Shown here: positions 55,574 to 64,000 of the stretch, one piece after another | Layout of the letters: each line of letters begins with the position of its first letter | Numbering within the stretch: position 1 is the stretch's first letter | Assembly (NCBI GenBank): GCA_029242545.1 | Contig: JAQWTV010000128.1 | Location: forward strand, 4,817 to 68,816 | DNA length: 64,000 nt | Reading direction: 5' to 3' | From: Roseibacillus sp. | GTDB lineage: Bacteria > Verrucomicrobiota > Verrucomicrobiia > Verrucomicrobiales > Akkermansiaceae | Program-made: the position numbers and the translations under genes | Notes under the pieces: model-generated | The model's database searches: none | Seen by the model: the letters and a program-made list of their open reading frames with translations, nothing else | What the model was told of the DNA's origin: nothing

Positions 55574-57937
55574 ATGTTAGTCATGACGATTTTTACGCTT
55601 TGGATATGCCGCATAACAGGCTGCGCTGCAGCAGCCTTGGTATCTGCGATTCTACTGGGTTTTGGAGTTCTTTCGGCTCAGGAAAACCAAGAGGCGGCCG
55701 GCCCACTTAATCTTGAGGAGCGCATTATCTCGGCGGTCAAAATTCGCTACCAGGGCGCGAAGACGGTGGATGAGTCCCGCCTGAGGGACTACATGTCCGT
55801 GCGGGCAGGTCAGAAATACAACCCCGAAATCCTCGATAAGGATGCAGCCAGCCTCTACGAGAGTGGGTTGGTGGATGATGTGAGCTTTTTGGGAGACCCC
55901 GTCGGGGATAAGCAGATTCTGCTTATTGTGGACGTGGCAACCCGTGGACAGATCGTTGAAGTCGGATTTTCAGGGAACACTGTATTTAGTGATCGGAAGC
56001 TGGCCGCAGAGGCGACGGTAAAGGCTGGGGTTGTTAGTGATGCGGTGATTTTGGAGGCTCGCCGAAAGATTGAGGAGCAGTATACAGGCTACGGCTACCC
56101 CGACGTGCTTGTTTCTCACCGGTTGAAGGAAACAGACCGTCCCGGGCAGTATCAACTCGTGTTTGTTATTAAGGAGGGCGGAAAGAGTGAGGTGCGTAAG
56201 ATTTTGTTCGAGGGTAATACCGCCTTTTCGCGTGCCGAGCTTCGGCGAGAGATGGAGACAAAGCAGAAGGGCTTGCTTTCCTTCCTGAGTAAGAGTGGGC
56301 GCATTGATACCGAAAAGCTGCAGCTTGATTTACTCAAGCTGGAAGACTTCTATCGTAACAAGGGCTACCGGATGGTGCGGATCGATTCAGTGCGTCGTGA
56401 ACCCGCCACGCGAGGACGGGTCGATCTTGTTATTCCAGTTTATGAGGGGCCAAGATACAAGGTTGGCAAGGTTGCTTTCGGGAAAATCACCGTCTTCACC
56501 TCTGAGGAGCTGACGCCTGCATTGAGCGTGGCAGAGGGACAAGACTACTCTGGGATGAGGGTAAACGATGACGTGCGCATGATTCGTAGCTACTACGGGT
56601 CACGGGGTTACGCAGATGCGCGGGTGACTCCGGAAATGCGGGACGTTTCTCCGGGCGTTGTGTCGATTACCTATAAAGTCGTGGAGGGAACGCTCTATCG
56701 AGTGGGTAAGGTCAACATTCAGGGGAATACTATTACGAAAGACAAGGTGATCCGCCGGGAAATCCCCATGCGCCCCGGGGAGTATTACAGCTCCGTAGAC
56801 GAAGAGACGACTAAATCGCGCCTTCAGAACCTGCGCTACTTCAAGCAGGTGCAGGTTACTGGTTCTCGTAGTAACCAGGCGGGATATCGTGATGTTAACG
56901 TTCTGGTCAGTGAGGCCAAGACAGGTCAGGTGAGTTTCGGTGCGGGATTCAGCTCGGTCGACAGTATCGTGGGATATCTTCTCCTTGAGCAAACAAACTT
57001 TGATATCGCCAATCCGAAGAATTTCTTCAGGGGAGGAGGTCAACGCTTTAGTACCCGGGTACAGCTGGGTAATGAGCGACGTGACCTACGGCTCTCACTT
57101 GTTGAACCATGGTTCATGGGACGAAAGCTCTCGCTAGGAGGGGAAGTGTTCTATCGGGATCTGCTCTTTCTCAGTGATGAATACGACCAGAGTAATGCCG
57201 GAGGAGCGGTTTTTGTGCGCCGTCCCATGGGTGGAAAAGGGTATCTCAAGGCGGAGTATCGCATCGAGCAGGTTGGGATCGACGTCGAGCCTGTGCCTGC
57301 CGGTTCTGAGTTTCTCGCTGAGGACGGGGACTATCTCCGGAGCGCAGTTTCGGTAAACTATGTTTATGACAGCAGGGATAGCAACATGGTGCCGAGGCGT
57401 GGGCATCGCCTTAATCTAGGGGCTACTCTGGCAGGGGGCTTTCTGGGTGGAGATGTCGAAACCTACACTCTCAGTGCAACGGGATCGAAGCACTGGAACC
57501 TTCCCTGGGATCTGATTCTGAATTTAAGTGGCGCAGTCAACGTGGTGGATGCCCTCAGTGGCAGAGTTCCAATCTTTGAACGGCAGATGCTCGGAGGTGC
57601 TCGTAACCTTCGGGGGTTTGATACGCGGGATGTGGGCCCGAGGGATGCGGCAACAGGATCTGTTCTTGGGGGGAATACCTCCGCCTACGGGACAGTGGAG
57701 GTGACCTTCCCGATTGTAGGAGAGGTGAGGGGAGCAGTGTTCGGTGATATGGGGTTCGTCAATTCCGATTCCTATGATTTTAGTCCGGATCAGATCCACA
57801 GTGATGTGGGCATAGGGGTGAGGGCAAGCATACCGTTCTTTGGTCCGATGGCACTTGATTATGCCTTCCCGATACAAAGCGAAAGCCTCGCTGATGACGG
57901 TCCTCGTCTTCAGATCTACGTCAACTACCAGTATTAG
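55574..57937 (+). CDS. bamA: Outer membrane protein assembly factor BamA (POTRA repeats + Omp85 barrel)
   Basis: Signal peptide followed by repeated POTRA-like units (I..I...GN......I). The C-terminal barrel ends ...RLQIYVNYQY. The track start is TTG 55511, but ATG 55574 is more plausible. Confidence 0.9.
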   Translation: MLVMTIFTLWICRITGCAAAALVSAILLGFGVLSAQENQEAAGPLNLEERIISAVKIRYQGAKTVDESRLRDYMSVRAGQKYNPEILDKDAASLYESGLVDDVSFLGDPVGDKQILLIVDVATRGQIVEVGFSGNTVFSDRKLAAEATVKAGVVSDAVILEARRKIEEQYTGYGYPDVLVSHRLKETDRPGQYQLVFVIKEGGKSEVRKILFEGNTAFSRAELRREMETKQKGLLSFLSKSGRIDTEKLQLDLLKLEDFYRNKGYRMVRIDSVRREPATRGRVDLVIPVYEGPRYKVGKVAFGKITVFTSEELTPALSVAEGQDYSGMRVNDDVRMIRSYYGSRGYADARVTPEMRDVSPGVVSITYKVVEGTLYRVGKVNIQGNTITKDKVIRREIPMRPGEYYSSVDEETTKSRLQNLRYFKQVQVTGSRSNQAGYRDVNVLVSEAKTGQVSFGAGFSSVDSIVGYLLLEQTNFDIANPKNFFRGGGQRFSTRVQLGNERRDLRLSLVEPWFMGRKLSLGGEVFYRDLLFLSDEYDQSNAGGAVFVRRPMGGKGYLKAEYRIEQVGIDVEPVPAGSEFLAEDGDYLRSAVSVNYVYDSRDSNMVPRRGHRLNLGATLAGGFLGGDVETYTLSATGSKHWNLPWDLILNLSGAVNVVDALSGRVPIFERQMLGGARNLRGFDTRDVGPRDAATGSVLGGNTSAYGTVEVTFPIVGEVRGAVFGDMGFVNSDSYDFSPDQIHSDVGIGVRASIPFFGPMALDYAFPIQSESLADDGPRLQIYVNYQY

Positions 57938-58803
57938 GAGTTGCGGACTCGGACCTGATCATTCGCTGGAGAATCTGTCTCTGGCAGAAGGCTAAAGGAT
58001 TCGGTCTGATTGAATCTGCGCCGACGGTAACCAAGTGCAAAACTTCCAGGCTCTCCGGACAGGAGATCAGTGACGGTCGTGATCTCACCTGCCTCGAGAC
58101 CGTTGGAATAGATAGGACAAGGTGGATTGGTATCGGAGGAGACCAAGAATTTAGTGAGATGTCGCGGGACCTTTCCTGCTCGCTTCATCCGGGAAACTAC
58201 TTCCTGCCCGATGTAGCATCCCTTTGCGTAGGATATGGTGTCATTCTCTAACCCTGCCTCCTGTGGCAGTTGACTGAATTGAAGCTCTGATCCCCACTTG
58301 GGAATCCCATGAAGTGCTCGGAGGGCTTCATAGTAGTCTTCTGTCGCTACTCCTACTCCCTCGATTGGAAGCCCGGTCCTGGAAAAAATGTCCAAACCTC
58401 GTTCCCCAAGCCGTTTCGTAACCCAGGAGAGTTTCCCAACTGGACGATCTGGATAGTTGAGAAGATGAGTGATGGCCCAATCATCTGACTCATCCAAGAT
58501 CTCAACGTCATCAGCGATAAGATAACGGTCGAGGCGGGCCATGAGATGCTCCCGTAATTCAATCGGAGCATCGATTAGGTAGCTGTCTTCGTAGATCCGG
58601 ATGTGGCATACGGCATCGAGTTGGCCTTTGGCGTTGAGGACGCAGGTATACGCAGCCTCCGTTTCAGTAGCGAGTGATACATCTTGTGATACCTGACCGC
58701 TGAGAAAGCGGAGGCGATCCGGACCGGTCATACGCAGGACGGCTCGCGGAGACAGCGGGATTTGTAGCGGAGAGGATTCTTGCTCGTGAACTAGATTGCT
58801 CAT
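57934..58803 (-). CDS. ygfZ: YgfZ/GcvT-like folate-binding protein
   Basis: The signature KGCYIGQEVVSRM is present and the length is ~290 aa. It has a 4-nt convergent stop overlap with bamA. Confidence 0.8.
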   Translation of the reverse strand: MSNLVHEQESSPLQIPLSPRAVLRMTGPDRLRFLSGQVSQDVSLATETEAAYTCVLNAKGQLDAVCHIRIYEDSYLIDAPIELREHLMARLDRYLIADDVEILDESDDWAITHLLNYPDRPVGKLSWVTKRLGERGLDIFSRTGLPIEGVGVATEDYYEALRALHGIPKWGSELQFSQLPQEAGLENDTISYAKGCYIGQEVVSRMKRAGKVPRHLTKFLVSSDTNPPCPIYSNGLEAGEITTVTDLLSGEPGSFALGYRRRRFNQTESFSLLPETDSPANDQVRVRNS

Positions 58804-59654
58804 TCCTGGGTGAATTGTCTGAAGAGTATGGAGAAGTCCCTCTCACCCTCACCGAGATCATTACGTTTTTGCATCTGAGCAGTTGTATTTGCGATTCCGG
58901 GGGTTTCAAGTCCTGCTCTTTCTGCGAGGTCCAGCATGTAGCGAGCATCTTTCAGCATGTTGGAGAGGGAGAAGTGTGGATCGTAATCTCCTTCCGTCAT
59001 GGTAGGGCCCTTCATTTCAATGAGCGCAGACGCACAGGCGTTTGGATCGATTGCTGAAAGATAGGTATGGGCTGGAATCCCGTGGGCAATATTAATGCTC
59101 AGACCCTCTGCGAGTGCCTGAACGGTGGAGGCCGTAATGAGATTAGTTGTCAGCTTTAAAATTGTAGCAGCCAAAGGAGACGGGACTCTCATGACATGCG
59201 CGGAAGTAGTTTTTAGGAAAGGTTGCAGGCGCTCGATTAGATGTTCGTCGCCTCCAGCGTAATAGACGAGGGAAGCTTTGCCTGCCGCCACCTTGCTGCC
59301 GGTGAAAGGAGCATTCAGGAATGCGCAGCCCTTTCGCTCGCACTCGGTCACTAGATATTCAGTAGTTTCATAGTCGATTGTAGCATGATTGATGAAGGTC
59401 TTTTCCGGGCATAGGACGGGCTTGATTGTCTCGAAGGTCTTTCTTACGGCCTCGACGTCCTTGAGGTAACAGGCGATTATGTCGGCTTTATCAGCGGCTG
59501 CCTTCGGGTCGGCTTCGAAATCTGGCCGGTCTCTGGCGCTGCGGCTCCAAGTTATAGAGGGATACCCTCCGTTAGCTATGTGGTCGGCAGCTTGAGATCC
59601 GATGATTCCCAGACCAAGAATAGCTACAGTAGGCAAGGGTTGGTTTTGGTTCAC
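58800..59654 (-). CDS. NAD(P)-dependent 3-hydroxyisobutyrate/6-phosphogluconate dehydrogenase-family oxidoreductase
   Basis: Rossmann motif VAILGLGIIGSQAA and the C-terminal all-helical domain pattern. It has an ATGA overlap with the ygfZ start. Confidence 0.8.
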   Translation of the reverse strand: MNQNQPLPTVAILGLGIIGSQAADHIANGGYPSITWSRSARDRPDFEADPKAAADKADIIACYLKDVEAVRKTFETIKPVLCPEKTFINHATIDYETTEYLVTECERKGCAFLNAPFTGSKVAAGKASLVYYAGGDEHLIERLQPFLKTTSAHVMRVPSPLAATILKLTTNLITASTVQALAEGLSINIAHGIPAHTYLSAIDPNACASALIEMKGPTMTEGDYDPHFSLSNMLKDARYMLDLAERAGLETPGIANTTAQMQKRNDLGEGERDFSILFRQFTQE

Positions 59655-59885
59655 GTTATTCCTCTAGGGGGGAGATTGGGTTCTTGCAAGAGTGACTACG
59701 CCTGCAGCCGAACTGCTCCCGAGAAGAGTTAACAGAGCGGAAGCTCATAAATACGCCGGGACTGTGAATAAAGGTTAAGAACTTGACTTTCTAGGGGGTA
59801 TCGGGCAAAGCGCTTTAGAGGTTGGACGCTCTTTCGTAGCTCTTGCACCCGTTCTTGAACGTATTACCAATCTACTACAAGCAAC

Positions 59886-61382
59886 ATGGAATTTCTAAAA
59901 TGGAGCTGGTATGTAGCCTACGTCTTGGCCCTCCTTGGCCTCTCTGGGTATGGCTGCCACAGGCTGTGCATTGTCTACCTCTATCTGAGGCACTCTTGGC
60001 GGCGCCCGGAGATTAAGACGAGGTTTTCTGAGCTTCCTCTCGTTACGGTCCAGCTCCCGGTGTTCAACGAGATGCATGTCGTGAAGCGCTTACTAACCTC
60101 GGTAGCGCAACTTGATTACCCTAAGGACAAACTCCAGATCCAGCTACTGGACGACTCAACTGACGAAACAACCTCAATAGCCGAAGGAGAGATCCTTAAG
60201 CTTCAGGGCGAGGGCTTTGATGCTGAGCTTATTCACCGGGAAGACCGGACTGGATTCAAGGCTGGAGCTCTTGAAAATGGATTAGAAACGGCGAAGGGGG
60301 AATATGTGTTCATTCTCGATGCAGACTTCGTGCCTAATCCTGATGTTCTGCAGAAAACGATCCATTATTTTACGGATGACAAGATCGGTCTGATTCAGAC
60401 TCGATGGGGGCACCTCAACCGGAATTACAACCTGCTCACAAGGGTTCAGGCTATGTTTCTCGATGGGCATCTTGAGCTTGAGCAAACAGCCCGTAACCGC
60501 AGTGGCCGATTTTTCACTTTCAATGGTACTGGAGGTATCTGGCGCAAGGAGTGTATCAGCGATGCCGGCGGATGGGAGCATGATACCCTCACTGAGGATA
60601 TGGACCTCAGTTACCGTGCACAGTTGAAGGACTGGAGATTCATCTTCCTGAATGAAGTCGAGACTCCGGCAGAGCTCCCGGTAGACATGGATGGTTTCAA
60701 GAGTCAGCAGCACCGGTGGACCAAGGGGTCGATTCAGTGCTGTAAGAAAGTCCTGCCAGCCATCTGGAAGAGTAAGTTTCCTTTGTATGTGAAGCTAGAA
60801 GCAACAGCCCACCTGACTTCGAACTTCGCATGGTTGCTTCTAATGGCTCTTTGCTTCCTCATTTTCCCGAACACGAAGTATCAGCCAGAAATGAGTCTCT
60901 GGGTGAAAGCGCTGATTCATATCCCTATTTTTATCTTTGCCTCAGGGTCAGTGGTCTTCTTTTACCTCATGTCTCAGAAGGCTCTTCACCCCAAGAGTTG
61001 GTGGAAGGAGATCGTTTACCTGCCCTGCCTCCTTGCTCTCGGGATTGGGATGTCCATAAATAACGCCCGTGCGGTAATGGAGGCGCTGCTCAATATGGAG
61101 TCCGGATTTGTTCGGACGCCTAAATATGGAGTGGAAAAAATCAGGGAGGAAAAGTCATCCTCTCCCAGAAAGAGCCGATACAAGGCAATCAAATCCGCGA
61201 CGCCGATTTTAGAATTTTTCTTTGGGGTGTTCTTTCTCTTTGTGCTGATCGACGCACTCCTCAGCGGTAATATGGTTTCCTTTATTTTCCTGCTTCCCTT
61301 TCCTTTGGGCTTTTTCTATACTTCCATATCGTCGTTCGCGATATCTTGGAGTGCTGCCACCGGGGACCGACAGGTGGAGTAG
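59886..61382 (+). CDS. GT2-family processive beta-glycosyltransferase (CslA/cellulose-synthase-like)
   Basis: VQLPVFNE, LLDDSTD, ILDADF, TEDMDLS and the Q(Q/R)xRW motif QQHRWTKG. TM helices flank both sides. Confidence 0.85.
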   Translation: MEFLKWSWYVAYVLALLGLSGYGCHRLCIVYLYLRHSWRRPEIKTRFSELPLVTVQLPVFNEMHVVKRLLTSVAQLDYPKDKLQIQLLDDSTDETTSIAEGEILKLQGEGFDAELIHREDRTGFKAGALENGLETAKGEYVFILDADFVPNPDVLQKTIHYFTDDKIGLIQTRWGHLNRNYNLLTRVQAMFLDGHLELEQTARNRSGRFFTFNGTGGIWRKECISDAGGWEHDTLTEDMDLSYRAQLKDWRFIFLNEVETPAELPVDMDGFKSQQHRWTKGSIQCCKKVLPAIWKSKFPLYVKLEATAHLTSNFAWLLLMALCFLIFPNTKYQPEMSLWVKALIHIPIFIFASGSVVFFYLMSQKALHPKSWWKEIVYLPCLLALGIGMSINNARAVMEALLNMESGFVRTPKYGVEKIREEKSSSPRKSRYKAIKSATPILEFFFGVFFLFVLIDALLSGNMVSFIFLLPFPLGFFYTSISSFAISWSAATGDRQVE

Positions 61383-61414
61383 CTTCTGGAGCCAATTCTC
61401 CATTTCACTGTTTG

Positions 61415-62068
61415 ATGACCGAAGCAATACTTCCAAGCCGAGCAGGGATTCTTTTGCTAGGTGGGTTGCTCTCCCTTCTCCTCAGCAGCTGTGCAAAGAT
61501 TGATCCGGGGAATGAGGTCATTGTCAGCGTGCGTGACCAGAAAATGATGATTTTCAAAGAGGGGGCACCGGTGAAAAGCTATCGTATTTCGACCTCAAAA
61601 TTTGGATTGGGGGATAAGCCCGGAAGTATGAATACCCCTCTCGGAACGATGCGAATTGCTCGGAAGATAGGGGAGGGGGCACCAGCGGGAGCGGTATTTA
61701 AAAGCCGGCGCCGGACTGGCGAAATCCTCAGGCCCAATTCGCCAGGACGAGATCCTATCGTTTCGAGAATCATCTGGCTTAAAGGGACCGAGAAGAAGAA
61801 CCGAAATGCCTTCCGCCGCTATATATATATCCACGGTACTCCCGAGGAGCGAACGATTGGGAGGCCTGCCAGCTACGGTTGTATCCGAATGAAATCCCGT
61901 GATGTCATAGACTTCTACAGACGGGTTGGGGTTGGAGCCGAGGTCCGGGTGATTAGAGGCTCGCTTTTCGGTCTGCCGCTTTTCCCCGCGGGGGAAGGCG
62001 TTGCGGAATGGCGTCCTGAGGAGGGAACGGGACAAACTCGTATTTTCAGGGGTGGCCCGTCAATTTAA
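61415..62068 (+). CDS. L,D-transpeptidase (YkuD-fold) lipoprotein
   Basis: The lipobox is LLLSSC and the catalytic motif is IHGTPEERTIGRPASYGCIRM. The track ORF 61346.. overlaps the GT2 gene, and ATG 61415 gives the signal peptide. Confidence 0.85.
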   Translation: MTEAILPSRAGILLLGGLLSLLLSSCAKIDPGNEVIVSVRDQKMMIFKEGAPVKSYRISTSKFGLGDKPGSMNTPLGTMRIARKIGEGAPAGAVFKSRRRTGEILRPNSPGRDPIVSRIIWLKGTEKKNRNAFRRYIYIHGTPEERTIGRPASYGCIRMKSRDVIDFYRRVGVGAEVRVIRGSLFGLPLFPAGEGVAEWRPEEGTGQTRIFRGGPSI

Positions 62069-62114
62069 CTGGGCGGGAATTACCGAGGGTTCCTTGATTT
62101 TCAGTTGCGCGTGC

Positions 62115-62142
62115 TTGACAGAGGCGTCTTCTTGCCTAGGTT
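62115..62142 (+). promoter_or_regulatory. Possible sigma70-type promoter of rpsT
   Basis: TTGACA (62115..62120), a 16-nt spacer, then TAGGTT (62137..62142). A GGGGA Shine-Dalgarno-like element lies ~7 nt before the rpsT ATG. This is pattern matching only. Confidence 0.3.
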
Positions 62143-62166
62143 CGTCGGCCCCTCGGGGATTTTATA

Positions 62167-62436
62167 ATGGCTAATTCAAAATCAGCGCTGAAGCGGGTTC
62201 GTCAGGCAGAGCGGCGGACCGATCGCAACAAGACACTCAGAACGAGGGTGAAGTCCCTCAGGAAGAAGACGCTCGAAGCTGCTGAAGCTGGGAACACTGA
62301 AGAGGCGCAAAGCGGAATGAAGCTTCTCGCATCGGCGGTTGACAGGGCAACTCTCAAGGGGCTCTACCACAAAAACAAGGGAGCCAATATCAAAAGCAAG
62401 ACAGTTAAGGCAATCAAGGCTGCTGCCGGTTCCTAA
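62167..62436 (+). CDS. rpsT: 30S ribosomal protein S20
   Basis: MANSKSALKRVRQAERRTDRNKTLRTRVKS..., 89 aa and highly basic. Confidence 0.95.
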   Translation: MANSKSALKRVRQAERRTDRNKTLRTRVKSLRKKTLEAAEAGNTEEAQSGMKLLASAVDRATLKGLYHKNKGANIKSKTVKAIKAAAGS

Positions 62437-62507
62437 TCTGTCCTCTCCCGATCTGAGGCACCTCCCTTGTGGAAACCTCGTCGTAAGTCACACACGCCCC
62501 AAGCGCT

Positions 62508-62735
62508 GTGGAAACTGCTTCAAGCGAACGCCTAGCCAAGGCGAAGGAAATTGCCTCAAACCCCGGGGAGTATCAGGTGTGCGAGGGGTGTGAGTCGATT
62601 GTGGGTTTGGCCACGGCGGTGTGTCCGAATTGCCATAGTTATCGGTTCGACGGAAGTTCAGCCCGGGTTGTTGATCAAGCCCTTCTCCTGGGTTCACGGG
62701 AAAAGCGTTCAGTCACTGCTGAAGATCTCGCCTGA
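62508..62735 (+). CDS. Possible small zinc-ribbon protein (hypothetical)
   Basis: 75-codon ORF with two CxxC pairs (CEGC...CPNC). It has a GTG start and no clear SD, so coding status is uncertain. Confidence 0.3.
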   Translation: METASSERLAKAKEIASNPGEYQVCEGCESIVGLATAVCPNCHSYRFDGSSARVVDQALLLGSREKRSVTAEDLA

Positions 62736-62754
62736 GACGAGTCGGTTTTCTCCG

Positions 62755-64000
62755 CTACCTAAAGCTGATGGGAAGTGTGTCCCTGAGGTGTCCTAGCGTT
62801 TTCTGGTGGGCAGTATCAACCTCCTTACTCGTGACGGTCCTATCGTCGGAGCGATAGTGAAAGGTGTAGGCGAGAGATTTTCTCCCTGCGTCCAGTTGCT
62901 TGCCTGTCGGGTCTCGAAATACATCGAAGCATCCGAAGGAGACAAGAAGGGGCTCATTCAGCTTTCGAATGGCCTTTTCGATATCAGTGTTGGCCAAGTC
63001 TGCGGGGACTTCCATGGCTGCGTCGCGCGAAGAGCCCGGGAATTGAGGGAGCTCCGTAATGCGCGAGCTTCGTTTCCGGAGTTCACACACTCTGTTGAGG
63101 TCCAGCTCTGCGAGGTATACGGGAAATCCGAAGTCCAGTTCGCGACCCCGGGAGGGCGACAGCTGAGCAAAAGAACCGATCGTTTTTCCGTTGGCCAGAA
63201 TCTGGGCGCTAAGGAGAAAATTTTCCGACTTTACCGGAGAGAGCTGGACTTCTACACCGGGTAGAATCGAAGCGAGGACACCCTTCAGATCAAACGCATT
63301 GGTCATCTTAATGTTATTGTCCTGCCAGGAGCTCGGGTTTTTCCGTCCTCCGAGGATAATCCCAATCACGTCTGTCTCTAAATCAGTCGCTTTTCCGCCC
63401 CCAGCATTCCGAAAACATCTTCCCGTTTCAAAAAAGCGTATTTCCTTCGCTCCCTGTCGGACATTCCGGCTTGCGGTAGAGAGAAGAGCGGGGCTGATGC
63501 TCGGGCGCATTACACTATGATCCTCACTGAGAGGGAGTCGGACCTTTATGAGGTCTCCTTCCTGCATGGGGCGGAGGGGAAGAGCATCACGCAGTTGGTC
63601 TTCAGAAATCAGCTTTATGCACTGAGCTTCAAAGAAACCCAGTGCGGCCAACTGCATTTTCAGGGCGATTTCGAGATCATAGCGGGCATCAACTTTTCCG
63701 AGCGGAGCAGCGGTGGATAGATTTCGCGAAGGGATGGAATCCAGTCCATTGACGCGAACGATTTCCTCCACAAGATCTACGTGGCGCTGAAGGTCCATGC
63801 GATAGCTTGGAATCTTCCACTGGTTATTTCCCTCTTGGACTAGTCCGAGGCGCTCAAGGGCTTTCTGGGCAGAATCAATTGAGATAGACCCTCCGACCAT
63901 CTGATGGAGGCGTTCCGGTTCCAGGGAGACGCTGCCTGTCATTTCCGGGGCCGCGCCCGCAAAGACAGGGGCGCCTTCGATATCTCCACCTGTCAGTTCA
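62755..64000 (-). CDS. pheT: Phenylalanine--tRNA ligase beta subunit, C-terminal part (5' end beyond the window)
   Basis: B5 domain (LHQMVGGSISIDSAQKALERLGL), B3_4/core and the C-terminal FDX-ACB-like domain (DVFRDPTGKQLDAGRKSLAYTFHYRSDDRTVT). The frame stays open from 63942 to the window end. Confidence 0.9.
   Translation of the reverse strand, partial: ELTGGDIEGAPVFAGAAPEMTGSVSLEPERLHQMVGGSISIDSAQKALERLGLVQEGNNQWKIPSYRMDLQRHVDLVEEIVRVNGLDSIPSRNLSTAAPLGKVDARYDLEIALKMQLAALGFFEAQCIKLISEDQLRDALPLRPMQEGDLIKVRLPLSEDHSVMRPSISPALLSTASRNVRQGAKEIRFFETGRCFRNAGGGKATDLETDVIGIILGGRKNPSSWQDNNIKMTNAFDLKGVLASILPGVEVQLSPVKSENFLLSAQILANGKTIGSFAQLSPSRGRELDFGFPVYLAELDLNRVCELRKRSSRITELPQFPGSSRDAAMEVPADLANTDIEKAIRKLNEPLLVSFGCFDVFRDPTGKQLDAGRKSLAYTFHYRSDDRTVTSKEVDTAHQKTLGHLRDTLPISFR

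Noticed and set aside
1-64000. Search by eye for tRNA, rRNA, CRISPR arrays, IS/transposase genes, integrases and prophage or defence-system genes
   Set aside because: No GTTCGAAT-type T-arm contexts were found in the intergenic gaps of 200 bp or more. There were no regularly spaced repeats and no transposase, integrase or Cas-like ORFs. The window appears to be core chromosome plus glycan/envelope accessory genes.

Overview
This 64-kb chromosomal window is most consistent with a Verrucomicrobiota (Opitutae-like) genome. The inference rests on gene content: PEP-CTERM and H-X9-DG pseudopilin proteins, a DUF1592/DUF1552 pair, and a small Planctomycetes/Verrucomicrobia-type protein. All family names come from motifs read by eye, since no searches were possible. 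Coding density is high, and I found no rRNA, tRNA, CRISPR array or IS element.

Layout:
- 1-16 kb: an exported glycan-deacetylation/sialidase-type island. It holds three GQSNM (DUF303/SGNH) esterases, a five-Asp-box BNR sialidase, a ThuA-like protein, a DUF1592 (CxxCH) + DUF1552 pair and a large HEAT-repeat protein.
- 16-20.4 kb: accessory envelope genes.
- 20.4-38.8 kb: housekeeping genes (ABC ATPase, gatB, cvpA-like, aroC, HNH) followed by an 11-gene complex I operon, nuoD to nuoN, with no nuoABC.
- 38.8-64 kb: HDAC-like gene, panE-like gene, two tandem class-A PBPs plus a small conserved protein, an HtrA-like pair, HAD, tsaD, S41 peptidase, clpX-clpP-tig, bamA, ygfZ, a dehydrogenase, a GT2 synthase, an L,D-transpeptidase, rpsT and a partial pheT.

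Most interesting signals:
1. Two minus-strand ORFs (16058..17188 and 17216..17443) are one frame interrupted only by a TGA. The TGA sits exactly at the redox position of a deiodinase-like thioredoxin fold (FGCLT-U-PPF) and is followed by a SECIS-like hairpin. This is a candidate lipoprotein selenoprotein fused to a DsbD-N-like domain and two EF-hands.
2. Two near-identical perfect TGTGA-N6-TCACA palindromes lie upstream of nuoD and inside the nuoF-nuoG gap.
3. Several paralog pairs each have one catalytically degenerate member (PBP, S1C protease, esterase repeat).
4. A His/acid-rich PEP-CTERM protein sits in a three-gene surface module.
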